Assembly (NCBI GenBank): GCA_032718475.1
Contig: JAUCBJ010002816.1
Coordinates: 1 to 53,347, forward strand
DNA length: 53,347 bases
Source of the DNA: Nemertoderma westbladi
Lineage: Eukaryota > Animalia > Xenacoelomorpha
Direction: 5' to 3'
Part shown: in pieces, positions 12,404-24,925 of the stretch
Layout: the number at the start of each line of letters is the position of its first letter
How positions within the stretch are numbered: the stretch's first letter is position 1
Program-made: the position numbers and the translations under genes
The notes under the pieces: generated by a model
What the model was told of the DNA's origin: nothing
The model's database searches: none
What the model saw: only the letters and a program-made list of their open reading frames with translations

Positions 12404-13099
12404 TATGCGCCGCGTATATACATATATATATCCCAATAAGGTTCTGTTACGTAACTAATTACACTGTGGGTAAATCAGTTAGATGTCGCCGAAGGACAGA
12501 CCTCTTGAGCCCCCCCCCCCCCCCCCCCCCCCGCCTTACAGCAGTTCAGGTTCGACTCTCTAGATCCCGTCTCATTCCTAACTATCCTCTAACATATTCC
12601 CATGCATAGCGCAAAAACTTCGGAGATAAACTGGCCGTGACCAACTCACTTTTTGATGCCCAAACTACTCCCATTACTTGTACTAAACTACAGTAGTTAG
12701 AAAGGACCATAATCTCAATGCTCGACTATACCAAACCCACAGGTTTGATAATCGAACATCACACTTCACTGCAAACTACTAAGTGGGGTCCGTGTACGCC
12801 CTGATGCTACTAACCTTTAGCACCTTAGTTGTACTGCTGGCACCAATCTGTGGCAGTTGCTAAACTCAATTTACACTCCTACGTAATATAGCCGTCACCA
12901 TGGTTTCTAAATGCTATTTTCCTGGCTTCACGACTTTTCAAATTACTGTATATCTATAGACGAATTCTAAAACGTGTCTATACACAGCGTCTGGAATTGT
13001 CTTGTGTTCACTTCTAATTTTTAAAATTTTTTAATTTTCCAAAATTTTGAAAATAAAATTTTATTTGGGGAATGCATACGAAGTGAGTTGCGTCCAACA

Positions 13100-14458
13100 C
13101 TAATTTTTGTTAGAGGCAGGAGACAAATTATAATCTCCTGTCTCGATGCGTGTCTCCTCTAATAACACGATATCTTGGACCGGTCGGTCCAAGGTGTGTA
13201 AACCATTAGTTTTACACTTCTTTGGGTGCGGACACTTGCACCTAATTTTCACAGTGACTGTGCGCACTATGTTTTGCACGTCTGGGTGTGTGTGCAAGAT
13301 GACACCGGTTTCCCAATACTTTCTCTTGACAATCGGTTCGGTTATCAATACGTAATCTCCCCTTTGGAGACTCTGAACCGTTTTGTACCACTTTGTTCTG
13401 GTGGATATGGTGGGAAGATAGTATTCCCGCCAATATTCCCAGAATGTGTACGCTACGAATTGTGTCATTTTCCAGCTCTTACGACTATATAGGTCGGCAC
13501 TAATGGGATCTGATGTCGGCACAAGAAATGCTGGACTCTGCATTAGCAAATGATTCGGCGTTAATGCAACACCGTCTGGCAACATAGCTATCGGCCTCGA
13601 GTTTAGTGTATGCTCGATTTCGATGAAAGCTGTGACCAGTTCGTCATCGGTAAGTTGTATATTTACAGGCAACGTTTTGGCAATGGCCTGTTTTACAGAG
13701 CGAACTAAACGCTCCCAACTTCCTCCTCTCCAAGGACTTTCTGGAGTATTAAATCTCCATTCTATTCTTTGCGGCAAAAGTGCTGCAGAAATTTCCTTAT
13801 TCCGTGCCGCTTTGTGAGCCGCGTTTAACTCGCTGTTCCCTCCGACAAAGTTTGTACCCTTATCGGAGTAGAACGCCTTTACTAGTCCTCTTCTGGCCAT
13901 AAATCTCTTTAAGGCCAGGAGCAGAGATTTGGTCGACATGTCTGCCACACGCTCAATGTGTATGGCTCTACTAGCCATACATGTCAGTAGCAGGCCCCAT
14001 CGTTTGTGGGTCAGCCGTCCACTCTTTGCCTCAATCGGACCAAAACAATCCACCCCTGTGTTCGTAAAGGGTGGGTCATATGCCTGCACTCTCGCTTCCG
14101 GGAGTTCAGCCATCTCCTGTTCCAATACTCTGGCGTTCACCCTCTTGCAAACCAGACAGGCGTCATACATAGTGCCTACTGCCCTGCTTGGCTGCAATAG
14201 AATGAATCGCTGTCTCGCTGCCGACAAACAGTGTAACTTTCCCGCATGATGCAACCTCTTGTGTATATCCCATAGAATCGCTCTTTGCAATTCTATTGGG
14301 TGACTAGGGATTATCACTGGGAACCTAAACTGTGAGTTTATGTCGACAGTCTGGATTTTCGATCTATGACAAATTAAACCCTTATGGATTAATGGACTAA
14401 ATTTAATAGAGAACTGGTCGTTGAGCCGATAATAGATGGAATTCTTTTGGGAAGGCAC
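13100..14458 (-). pseudogene. pol: BEL/Pao integrase, separated from RT/RH by frameshifts (linker fragment 14503-14736)
   Basis: HKRLHH...CLVC zinc finger; DDE triad in VDCFGP, SDKGTNF, GGSWERLV; LNSRP, LTPNHLL and FW..W..EY BEL motifs. Confidence 0.93.
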
Positions 14459-14714
14459 ACATTTGATAATGCTTCAAATGCTTTAATTCCGCTTGATCAA
14501 TTTCATCCTCTGTCAGAGGTTGTTTCGCTCTGAATTCGCTCACTATTAGTGCTCATTTGTTCTCCCAAATGTTTCGAATGTTTTATACAAAGGTACGAAA
14601 TGTATCGGCTTAACCACGCAGTTCTTTTACAAATTGTCAGCCAAGAGGCAGACGAATTTAGTAATTTGTCATAAATACTACATGGCTCTAATGCCAGCGA
14701 CGGTTGTCCGCTAA

Positions 14715-17573
14715 TTAATGGAAGTTTCGAATCCAAACCAAAGGCTCCATTTTGTCGGTCATTTTCATTCCATCACTTACCAATTGTGACTCTGGTTTAG
14801 TCTGTAAGGGTGGTTTTATGTCATAACTTACCCTTCCGGACCTAGTACTCACGTAAGTCTGTTGGTCTGACAGGTCTCTAGGCCGCTCCAATGACTCTTC
14901 AGGCCGCTCCAATGACTCTTCAGGCCGCTCCAATGACTTGAGTTTGGCTTTAGACTTTGACTTAGAGACTTTCTCCACCTTGACTTCTGCATCTTCAGGC
15001 ATCGGATTGGTCACTATCTTTAGTCGCTCTGGCCAATGTTCCTGTGTCCTCGTTAGAAAATCAGGCCCATGCAACCAAAACTCCTGCGACTCTTCCTGAC
15101 AGAATTCCGCCGGCATTGCACCTCTCGAAGTTATGTCGGCCGGGTTCAACACTCCCGGACAATGTCTCCATTGTTCCTTCGTCGAAAAGTCAACGATCTG
15201 AGCGCCTCTGTTGGCCACAAATGTCTTTAGTGCAATATTGTCGGCCGCAATGTATACTAACACTAAGGATGCGTCCGTCCAATAGAATAAGGTCAATGTC
15301 GTGTCTAACTCCTCTGTTATCTGCCTACTTACCTCGACTGAAACTACAGCCGCCTGTAACTCTGCACGAGGGACAGTCATGTATTTGACCGGCATTGTCT
15401 TTGATCTAGAAGTCACAAAAGCCGTCTCAAATTTATCCTGACTTACCTCTCGGCGAAGGTAGGCTACCATACCAAAGCCGGTGTCACTTGCGTCACTAAA
15501 TAAATGGAGTTCGAGATCAGCTGGGAATACCAGCTGATTCGGAAAGTAGGAGCGGGGTACATCTATGTTTTTCAATAGATGCAACTCGGCTTCCCACTCT
15601 CTCCACTGCTTTGTATGTATAGGAGATATTGGTTCGTCCCACTCTAGGTCGGACAACCAAATTTTCCTCATGCACGCTCGTGCCTGTAATATTACTGGAC
15701 TGATAAAGTTCATCGGGTCAAATAGTCTACTTAATGTCGATAAGCAAATTCTCTTAGTCAAAACTTTATCTGGGCTACTGGGCTCAAATCTAACTCTTAC
15801 CTGGAATTTATCCGTGTTCGGATTCCAAGCGAGTCCCAGTACTCGCGCCATGGGGATGGGTTCTACCCCCAATTCTATGTCTCCGCTCCCGCGATCCTTT
15901 ACCGGGAACGACTCTAATAGGGCCTCCGAGTTCGTAGTGAACTTGGTCAGAGGAAATCCCCCTGTAGCCAAGCACTCTTGCAGGCCGTGAGCCACTTCTA
16001 TGGCTTGTTCTGCCGCGTCCTTGGACACCAATCCGTCGTCCATATAGAAGTTTCTCAAGATGGACTCGATTACTTCTACTGGATACTTACCAATCTGGGC
16101 TGTTGCCGTTTTCTTTAGAACAAACAGCGTGCCGTTTGGACTATCGCGGGCGCCAAATATCCTAACGTACATTTGGTATGTAACCACTGGGCCGGATATG
16201 TCTTCATTCTCGTACCAGAGAAATCGAAGGCTATCCTGGTCTGCCTTACAGGCTCTTACCTGGTGGAACATCGCCTCGATGTCACAAGTAAACACGAATC
16301 GCCGCTGTCTAAAACGCAACAGTATTCCTATCAAATAATTATTCAGGTTGGGACCATCCATCAACTCTGAATTCAGGGACATACCTCTATAGACTGCTGC
16401 GCAGTCGTTGACTACTCGGACTTTGTCAGGCTTGTCAGGGTGAGTCACATAGTGGTGTGGGAGGTAATAAGTCTGGTCTGTCACTAAGACAGGGTCCTCT
16501 ACCTTCCCAGCAAATCCCTTGGCGAAATAGTTGTTGATCTGGGCGCAATACTTCTCCCTAATGTCCGGATTCTTTAGCAACCGAGCCCTTACTCCGTTCA
16601 ATCTTTTTAAGGCTAAGCTGTAGTTGTTCTCCAACTTAGGAGGTTGTCGACGCCACAACATTCCAACTTCAAAATGTCCAGTCGGTAGCAAACGTATGGT
16701 GTCTTCCATCATCTCCAGCGACCGTTTCTCATCAGTGGACATGGCTAGGTCATATCCACCGGGTTCCATTGCGTCCCTATCCAGCCATTCGACGGTTCTA
16801 GCTCCTGTCTCGAGGTCCTGGCGTATCAATTCCTTCTGTAGCTCCTCCTCACTGTATTGGAAAATGTCGAGGTCGCGATATTTAGCCACCTGACCCTCCA
16901 CTATGTCGGTATAAGTCAAAACGTTACTCAGATAAGTAGCGTGGGCCGCTGAACCAGACCCACGGGTCTGATAACAGTAGTCCTTGGGTTCACTATCTGT
17001 CCGGTCGTTGTGAAGTGGTTCCGACAACCTAACATTATCGGGAATCAACTCCTCGTCTGACTCGCTAAAGTCACTATAGTGGTCAATACAGGTTCTCCTA
17101 AACTCGTCTATGTCTGGTAGTTCTACTAACGGTGGTTGAGTTATAGGCTGTAATTCGTCGTATCTGTCTATTGGCTTGTCGCCACCTGTAAACTCATAAG
17201 ACATGGGTACTCTTGTATACCAACCTAGTATAGTCCTATGGGCATGTGGTCCATTGACATGCGGCTCAGCTGGTCTCGTTTCCCATATTTGGTGTGCGAT
17301 CAGCTGTTCTGCACCAATCAACATAGAAACATTCCTATAACCTACCTGGTGTCTCGGTATCCTGAGCTTGTCAAAATACTCCTGTGCTATGGGACTCATC
17401 GGCGGCACCTTACCTAACTGCCTGCCGAATCCCTTCATAGCTAGACACTTAAATCCGTCCAATGGCAAAGGTCTTCGTTCTTGTCGAGTGTGTTGGTCTC
17501 TCGGAAGTAGGGAGTCTAGTTCTACCGAAATTCTGTGTCCCTTGAGGTCTCCTACTCCATGCATAGACTTCAA
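14715..17573 (-). pseudogene. pol: BEL/Pao protease C-terminal part, reverse transcriptase and RNase H
   Basis: YLPHH, KVRVVNDCAA, SLNSELMDGP, DIEAMFHQV, FGARDSP, NFYMDD; RNase H FSDAS, PRAELQAA, WTDAS, NPADITSRG; 21-bp triple repeat at ~14880-14938. Confidence 0.95.
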
Positions 17574-17597
17574 CTCTATTTGGATTTCCTCGGCGTC

Positions 17598-20500
17598 CTA
17601 GAAGCTAGAAACGGCTCTCGCCACTTCCTCGTCGATATACGATAATGTGGACGCAGTGTCCAACATCACATATATTCGCTTAGATCCCTTATCGCCAGTA
17701 AGTTTCACCGGAATCACGCTAAATATTTCCGACGTGGCCGATGATAAATACGTCCGCGCGCTGGTCGATGAACTATCCGCGGTGAAACCTTGGCAGGTCA
17801 CCTCTCTTGCGCTCAACTCGCCATCCTCGTCCGACGAACCTGGTTGATAACCATCGTCCTGAATGCCGGTATACGTATTTCTTCTTATCGATACGGGTTC
17901 TTCGCTCCCCTTCCTGTGAGGATTTCGCTGTAAGTAACGGTCCGTTGGGGTGTGAAAATCCGCATGTAGCAACTTGTGATGTAGTCTGCCGCATTCCATA
18001 CATCCGTCCTTACTGTTCGGGCACTGCCGCCGTACATGACCTGGCGCAAGACATGCCCAACAGGTGTCCAACGTCCGCACTTGAACTCTTCTCTGTTCCG
18101 AATTTAATTCTTTGAACCGTCTGCAACTATCTAACTTATGGTCGTCAGATCTTACCTCCTTTAGTAAACAGTATTGGCAACCTACAAATCCATCCGGCAA
18201 CTCCTGTTGCTTTAACCTAGGTCTATCTAACCGCTCACCTGACCATACTCGCGAGTCTGATCTAAAGGCTGGGGTAATCGAATTATATCTGTCTACTGAG
18301 TTAAATGTCACAGTGGTCCTGTCATCGTCAAAACTTACCATAGACTTACCGGTAACAGGTTTAGACTCTCTCATATTCTCCTCTGAGAAGTTTGATTTCA
18401 TCTCTGCTACTGCGTCTGTGGCTATCATGTCATGAATATGCTGAAGTGTCAACACCTCACCTTGACCATCCAACTTATTCTCTAATTTGCGCCATTTCTG
18501 TCGGTAACGCATGTTTAAACGTCTTATTACGCTCTTTAAATCTTCGGCGTGATCACCATGATGAGGTAGATTCACCATCCTCAAGATGTCCAATGCGTTC
18601 GAAATAGCGTTCGCTAAGTTCAACAGCTCTAACGGAGTTGTAATCCTTCTGCCCTTACCCAAGTCTTCCACTATCGACTGTGCCATCTTGGTTTTATTCC
18701 CGTAGATGTCGCTAAGCGTCTTCATTGCCAACTCAAATGCCCTTTCATTGCCGACGAAGTTATCAGCAATGGCTCTAGGTTCTCGATGGAGCATCTGAAG
18801 CAAATAGTTGAACTTCTCGTTGGGAGTAAAGGTGCTGTTGGTTAGCTGCTCGTCGACATAGGTTTTAAACGTCCTCCAATGCTTATGGTTGCCCATAAAC
18901 TTCTGGGGTTGTTGCGTCGGCAGTCCTTGCCTAGCAGCAAACTTACCTATGTCCCTAAGGATTGCGTCGTTCCGGGTTAACAAATGGTTTAGTTCCGCAG
19001 GGTTGTTAAGTCTGGTCCTTTCCCGGGGATTGAGACTTACCTGCTCCGCGTCCGTCCTTCTTTCCTTATAGTTTCGGGACTTCTGACGTCTCATGTCTTC
19101 CTCTTCATCACTTGATTCGGTGTCATTCCTTAGCGCTTGCGATGGTTTGCGCACCGAGGCCCTGACCCAGGCGTCCTGAATAAACTTTTCGGCTGAATTT
19201 TCGAAATCGGGATTATGGATATTTGGGACAGGCGTCCTTACCAGAGGTCTATGTGGTATAGTCTCCTCCGATATGCGTACTCGTTGACTAGGTTGGACTT
19301 TATCTAACTCAGGCCTGCTAGGATTAGAATTACTTCTTACCTGGGCTGCTTCCTTTAACCGTAGGTTGCTAAGCATGTCCGTTATAGGTTGGATGTGCGG
19401 CGATATAGCTTGCGCTAAACTAGCACTTAACTCATCCCTCGTAATAAATTCCTGGCTAGGGTTCTGTTGTATAGTCGGCTCTATCTGAGTAATCCGCTGT
19501 CTCTCATATGATCCCTCTTCCGGTTTAACCCGGAAGTTCTCCGTCGAACTGGGTCGGCGCTCCGTCCGCGTATTCCAAACCCGCGGGTTCGGTTCGCCCA
19601 ATACTCGGCCCGTCAGAGTTTCTCCTCTAAACTCTTCGTTGTCTCGTTCGGTATGTAGTGGTGCGGTGCGCTGATACGCTGGATTCTGCGCGATAGGTGA
19701 AGCACTAATACCAATTGGCGTGCGATATGTAGAGAACGGTTTAGCGATCCGTGTACTCGTAATAGCTGGACCGTGTATAGGAATTCTGATCGTCGTCGAC
19801 TCGCGTATGGTCGGAGTTCTCGCTTCCTGTTCGGCCTTCTGCAGTGCGAACAGTTCTCGCAACTCAGTCCCTACACTTGCCCCACATTCTTCGATCATTC
19901 GCATCCCCTTCTCGGCGATTTCATTCGCCTTCCTGGTCCGTTCCTCGCTCTCTAGGTTTAATCTCGCACTTTCCAACTGCGCCAGTTTACGTTCTTCTTC
20001 TTCCCTCGCTCGTCTCGCTGCGCTCTCTTCTTCCACACGCGCCTTTTCTTCATACAACGCTTGTCGCTCTTTCTCGATCTCGAGTTCGCGTTCCTTGCAT
20101 TCGCGTTCAAGTTCGAGTTCGCGTTCCTTCTGTTCGCGTTCGAGCTGGAGTTCGCGTTCTTTCTGTTCGTGTTCAAGTTGGAGTTCGCGTTCCTTCTGTT
20201 CGCGTTCCGCTCGCTCACGCTTACCCTATCTTCCAACTCGCGCAACTTTGCGTCTAACTTACGTGTTCGCTCCCTTTCCCGCTCGGCTTCCTTCCGTGCT
20301 TCCGATGCACGCAAAACTTCCGCCTGTTGTTCGTCCAATCGGCGTCTTCTCTCCTCCGCCGAATTGTGAGAAACAAGGGATCTAGCACATATAACTTTAC
20401 CTCGCGCGTGACTAACCTGGGAATTGCCACTGCCTCTAGATGCGTCGTCGGGTGGAGTTAACGTTCTCAGTTGGATATTCTCCGTCGTCGGTAGCATCTG

Positions 20501-21367
20501 ACCCGGTACCACCACTCCACTCTGCATCAGCCAGCTGGTAACTTCCCGCTGATAACGGCGCTCCTCCTTATCTTGCGTCTCTTCTCGCTCCACTAAATCT
20601 CTCGACTCTGCGTCACTCACCTGAGTCGCCTGCGCTTGTGATGCCCATAGCAGCCAGTTCTCCGTCCTAACTCGTCGGAATCGCTCCGATAACGTGCGGT
20701 GCTCCAACAAGGCTGCTAAAACCCTGTCGTAAATCCTCGTCGCCACGTCGTTCGACTGAGACTCTACTGCCTTCTTCGCTAGGACTGCAAGCTCCTCCGT
20801 CTGGTTGAATAACGCTGAGTTGTATCCTCTTCTAATCTCTACTAACCCTTCCCTTCCGATGTTCGCTGAGTCGGCTAACATCTTCCTTACCTTGTCCGCC
20901 GTCCGGGTTATATGTCCGGCATGCGCGCGAAGTTTTTTCTTTATCGCGATATCAAGTTCTCTCTCGCTTACCTGACTCACACTTGGTGGACTTGAAGGAT
21001 TATTTCTGGAACTATGGGTACTCCTTTTAGCCGCTGGGACCACGGCACTTACCATACCCACAGGTCTGGAAACCGGGCTCCGGGCTCTCGCTTCTGCTAC
21101 ACTACCCTCCCTATCACTCACCTCTGGTTGGGTTGCTGTACAATCCTTCCTTACAGTAGCGGTAGGGGATCCTAATACTATTACCTGAGGTGGTTCTTCT
21201 TCCTCACTAGTTACTGTCTCGTCCTCCTGTTCACTTACGTCAGCATCACTCGCTGCGTCATCATAGTCGGCATTGTCGTCAACAGTAATATTAACGCTAT
21301 CGTCAGTCGGCGGTTCTGCCGCCGTCTCATAGCTGTCCTCTAGTGCCTCCTTCTCTGAGGCACTCAT
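17598..21367 (-). pseudogene. gag: BEL/Pao gag and aspartic protease active site; frameshifts at ~20225 and ~17610
   Basis: EREQKERELQL coiled-coil repeats; KFMGNHKHWRTF capsid-like region; three Cys/His knuckles ending CMECGRLHHKLLH; protease motif VMLDTAS. Confidence 0.93.
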
Positions 21368-22522
21368 AGTCTAAATAATATTTGCCTTCCGGCAAAAATA
21401 TATCTCGCAAAAGTTCGAGATATATATATATATAATTTAATCGAAAATACGATCAAATTATTTGTCAAATATCCAATTGTCCAAAATGTCAAAATAAATT
21501 CGCAATGCAATATTGTGAATTTAATGGTGTATAGTTATAGCAAATACCGGTATAATATTTAAACAAAATATTATTATATAGTTATTATATAGTATTTAAA
21601 TACCGGTATGACACAAATAATTTTTTGAATCTAATACAAAATATTCAAAATAAACTTGCCACCCGAATATTTCTAATTTTACATAGATAACTCTAATCCA
21701 CGCAATTTTAATTTCAAATATTATATGTATCCACTAGCGCGTGGCTACATCTTCGGGTTGCGACTCTCTCTCTCTCTCTAACTCGAGCGATTCAAAAACC
21801 CATGGTCGGCTAAACCTAACTATCCTAACTAATAAATTGAGTTCACCTTCGCAGTTAAACAACCGATAATTTTTTACTGCTTCCACAAACACAATGGTGC
21901 CAACATAACAACTAACCTTGTTTGCTGTGAGATTCCACGTCCGCGTCCAAAGTTTCAGTCCTTTCGCTGATTGCAAACCGAACCCGCAGACCCACACGAA
22001 CCCCAAACTCAGAAGCTCCGTCTTGCCATGTATCTCCAGATGGTATAAAATAACTAAGCGGTTATCCAACATACCGGTACAAAACTCTAGATTTTATTAC
22101 AAAATAATTTTGACCAAAACTGAATTCTCACAAACCTAGCTAAAAATTTCAAAAAACTTACTAATTACGGCCTGCCCTAACGGCCTAAGGAACCGCTGTA
22201 TTTGTGATTAGTAAACGCACTACCGTATATCCACTGTACGCAATACAGTAAGTAAAACAGTACACCAACCTAACAGCCTAATGAATACTGTGTGCGGTAC
22301 AGCAAAACAAATGTATTTTCTACTTGTATGCAGTAACAGCAATCAGCCTAATGTACTACTGTACTATTGTACGCGACCAGTGAATACAGTAATCTAACTT
22401 AACAGCCTAAAGAATACACTTGATGTTCTACCGTACGCAGTACAGTGCCTAATACAGTAATCTAATTAGTACTTTCTGACTTTACTGTACGCAGTACAGC
22501 AAAACACAAAAACGTCCTTTAC

Positions 22523-24431
22523 TGTTAAACGAACTACCCCAGCCTAACCAATAAAGACACAAAACTGCTCTATTTACTAGACGGGGCAATCAGGAGCGTA
22601 TTACTACTAATGTATGGTTTCAGGTACGGAAAACCACTACTTACCGTTGGATGGCGCTAATCTGCCGTCCGCTAATATATTTTACTAAATTTCTACGACT
22701 CCTTCTAAATTCTCGTTCCTTTCTCTACCAATTACTCGATAGAGAGCTAACTGTTCGAATATATGAGCCACGCGGGAATAACCAAAACAATAAACCCGAA
22801 TCGGCTCCCTAAGCTGACTTAAAACGAGTGTGAGAGATTTTACACTCAGAGTGTATTCTATAGCCTAATATTACTGTAAATTTGCGCTTACAACTACGTC
22901 CTTTCTAATCGCATCTAATCGCAATACTGGGGTTCCCTAACGGAATGTGTGAATGTGAGAATATTTAAATAATCGAAAATCGGTACGGCAATTATTTCGG
23001 GACTCAAACTTATCTGCGGCTGGCTTTAGGCCAACAATTTACTGATGCGCGTTGCGTACTGTACTACGATGTGAATTTTGTCCGCTAATTCAAATAACCG
23101 CCCAGCGTGAATAGTGTACGGTACTCTAAAATTATTACCTTAACTACCCTCCGCTATGCAGCGTACAAATTCTTAATTTTACTAATTAATTTCAGTCACA
23201 AATATGTAACGGCGTACTAATTACTAAGTATTCCAGAATGCGCAATTCTAAATTATTACGCAACGGGTCACACTAGCAACAGCCTAAGATACCGTATTAT
23301 TTTCGACCTAATCAGAAATTAATTACAGTAAGCTAAGAAATAGAAATCAATCAAAGGGAAAGAGCGCCTATCCAAGCATTCGTGATTAATTAGGCAAACT
23401 TTAGTAACGCACCAATCAGCATAACATAACAACAATCGCAATCTACAGTTTAGCTAGCAATTCACAACTCGCAATTCGCAACGTAAAGGACGCAGATCTC
23501 TCCCGGCTACGTCTAGGCTTCCTAACTAACCCAATTCCTGTCCCCCTAATACTACAAAATAGAGACAAAACCTGGATCATCAGCCCCTAATTACTAAACC
23601 GGCGTACCTGACCCACTCTACGCTGCAAACTTGCGCGCGCAATAGTAATCCCCCCAATGTTACTTGTCTTTGAATCCTCCGCACTCCCGTCGTCGCTAAC
23701 CCCCCGATGCGCCCGCCGCACTTACCAGTACCCTAGCCCTCCATCAGAATGAGTAGCTACCATAGCGGCACATGCAAATCACAAAAGTCTGACAGTCTGA
23801 GAAATCCCGTAGGATTATTGTCGAAAGGAATCACATAGAACAATTTACTAAAGGGTAGAAATCATAGTTCCAACTTGTAATTAACAGCGATCATTGAGAT
23901 TGATTGAGAAACACAAACAAGAATCAAACAGAAATTGCAAATTAGCGAATCATTGCAAGAAAATCAAAAGGGCAGTAATTTACACAGAAAAACTAAGCAT
24001 CGAATAATAGTTGAAGGTGAGCTGTGTGGGGTGTGTGACTAAGCAGAATGTGAGATAGGTAACAATGGAAGTAGGCCAATTTATAGGTGATAGCTAGCCT
24101 CATCAAGGCTAATAACGGCAAGCCCAGATCCAGGGTCCAACAAGGACTTGCTACCCTGGAACTATCTACTTATATCCTATTACAAAACTACATAGGTAGG
24201 GCTACATACTATACAAAATGGATGAGTTCAAAATATATGGGCATTTCAACTTCCTTATCTAAATATCATTGCGCGTTATGCCTTATCTAAATAATTATAC
24301 TGCATCACGGACTAATATATGATACTATATAATGGACTAATATATTATAATGTATAATGGACTAACATTATTATACTGTATAACGGACTAATATATTACG
24401 TAATGTAGGTACAGCGCCATATACCGTAACA
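22523..24431 (-). repeat. 5' LTR (1909 bp) with a ~229-bp deletion relative to the 3' LTR
   Basis: Alignment by eye; the segment matching 8172-8400 is missing at ~24090. Confidence 0.97.
24037..24087 (-). promoter_or_regulatory. Putative LTR core promoter (TATAAA plus initiator-like CACATTC/TTAGTC)
   Basis: CCTATAAATT on the minus strand at ~24078-24087, with initiator-like motifs ~30-45 nt downstream; same site at ~8160 in the 3' LTR. Confidence 0.45.
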
Positions 24432-24890
24432 TAATGTAATGTAATGTAATGTAATGTAATGTAATGTAATGTAATGTAATGTAATGTAATGTAATGTAAT
24501 GTAATGTAATGTAATGTAATATAATGTAATGTAATGTAATGTAATGTAATGTAATGTAATGTAATGTATTGTAATGTAATGTAATGTAATGTAATGTAAT
24601 GTAATGTAATGTAATGTAATGTAATGTAATGTAATGTAATGTAATGTAATGTAATGTAATGTAATGTAATGTAATGTAATGTAATGTAATGTAATGTAAT
24701 GTAATGTAATGTAATGTAATGTAATGTAATGTAATGTAATGTAATGTAATGTAATGTAATGTAATGTAATGTAATGTAATGTAATGTAATGTAATGTAAT
24801 GTAATGTAATGTAATGTAATGTAATGTAATGTAATGTAATGTAATGTAATGTAATGCAATGTAATGTAATGTAATGTAATGTAATGTAAT
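24432..24890. repeat. (TAATG)n microsatellite, right part
   Basis: Almost pure array, read directly. Confidence 0.98.
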
Positions 24891-24925
24891 TAAAATTAAT
24901 ACGAATTAAATTAATTATAATATAT

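Larger units (their letters stand above)
6610..24431 (-). mobile_element. Full-length BEL/Pao (Belpaoviridae) LTR retrotransposon, 17.8 kb (element 2)
   Basis: Paired LTRs TGTTA...TAACA, 5-bp TSD TAATG (6605-6609 and 24432-24436), domain order gag-PR-RT-RNaseH-IN, plus an extra 3' ORF. Confidence 0.97.

Noticed and set aside
14458-20230. Programmed frameshifts in gag-pol
   Set aside because: At least four breaks at arbitrary places, one inside protease; BEL gag-pol is normally one ORF and the count fits decay implied by ~1% LTR divergence
13146-20385. Plus-strand ORFs overlapping gag-pol
   Set aside because: Antisense shadows of coding sequence with no motifs
21890-21910. TGGCACCA (minus strand) as a displaced PBS
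   Set aside because: About 600 nt from the LTR and not recognisably a tRNA 3' complement
24432-24890. (TAATG)n as a telomeric repeat
   Set aside because: Internal, not G-rich, and not a telomere motif I can support
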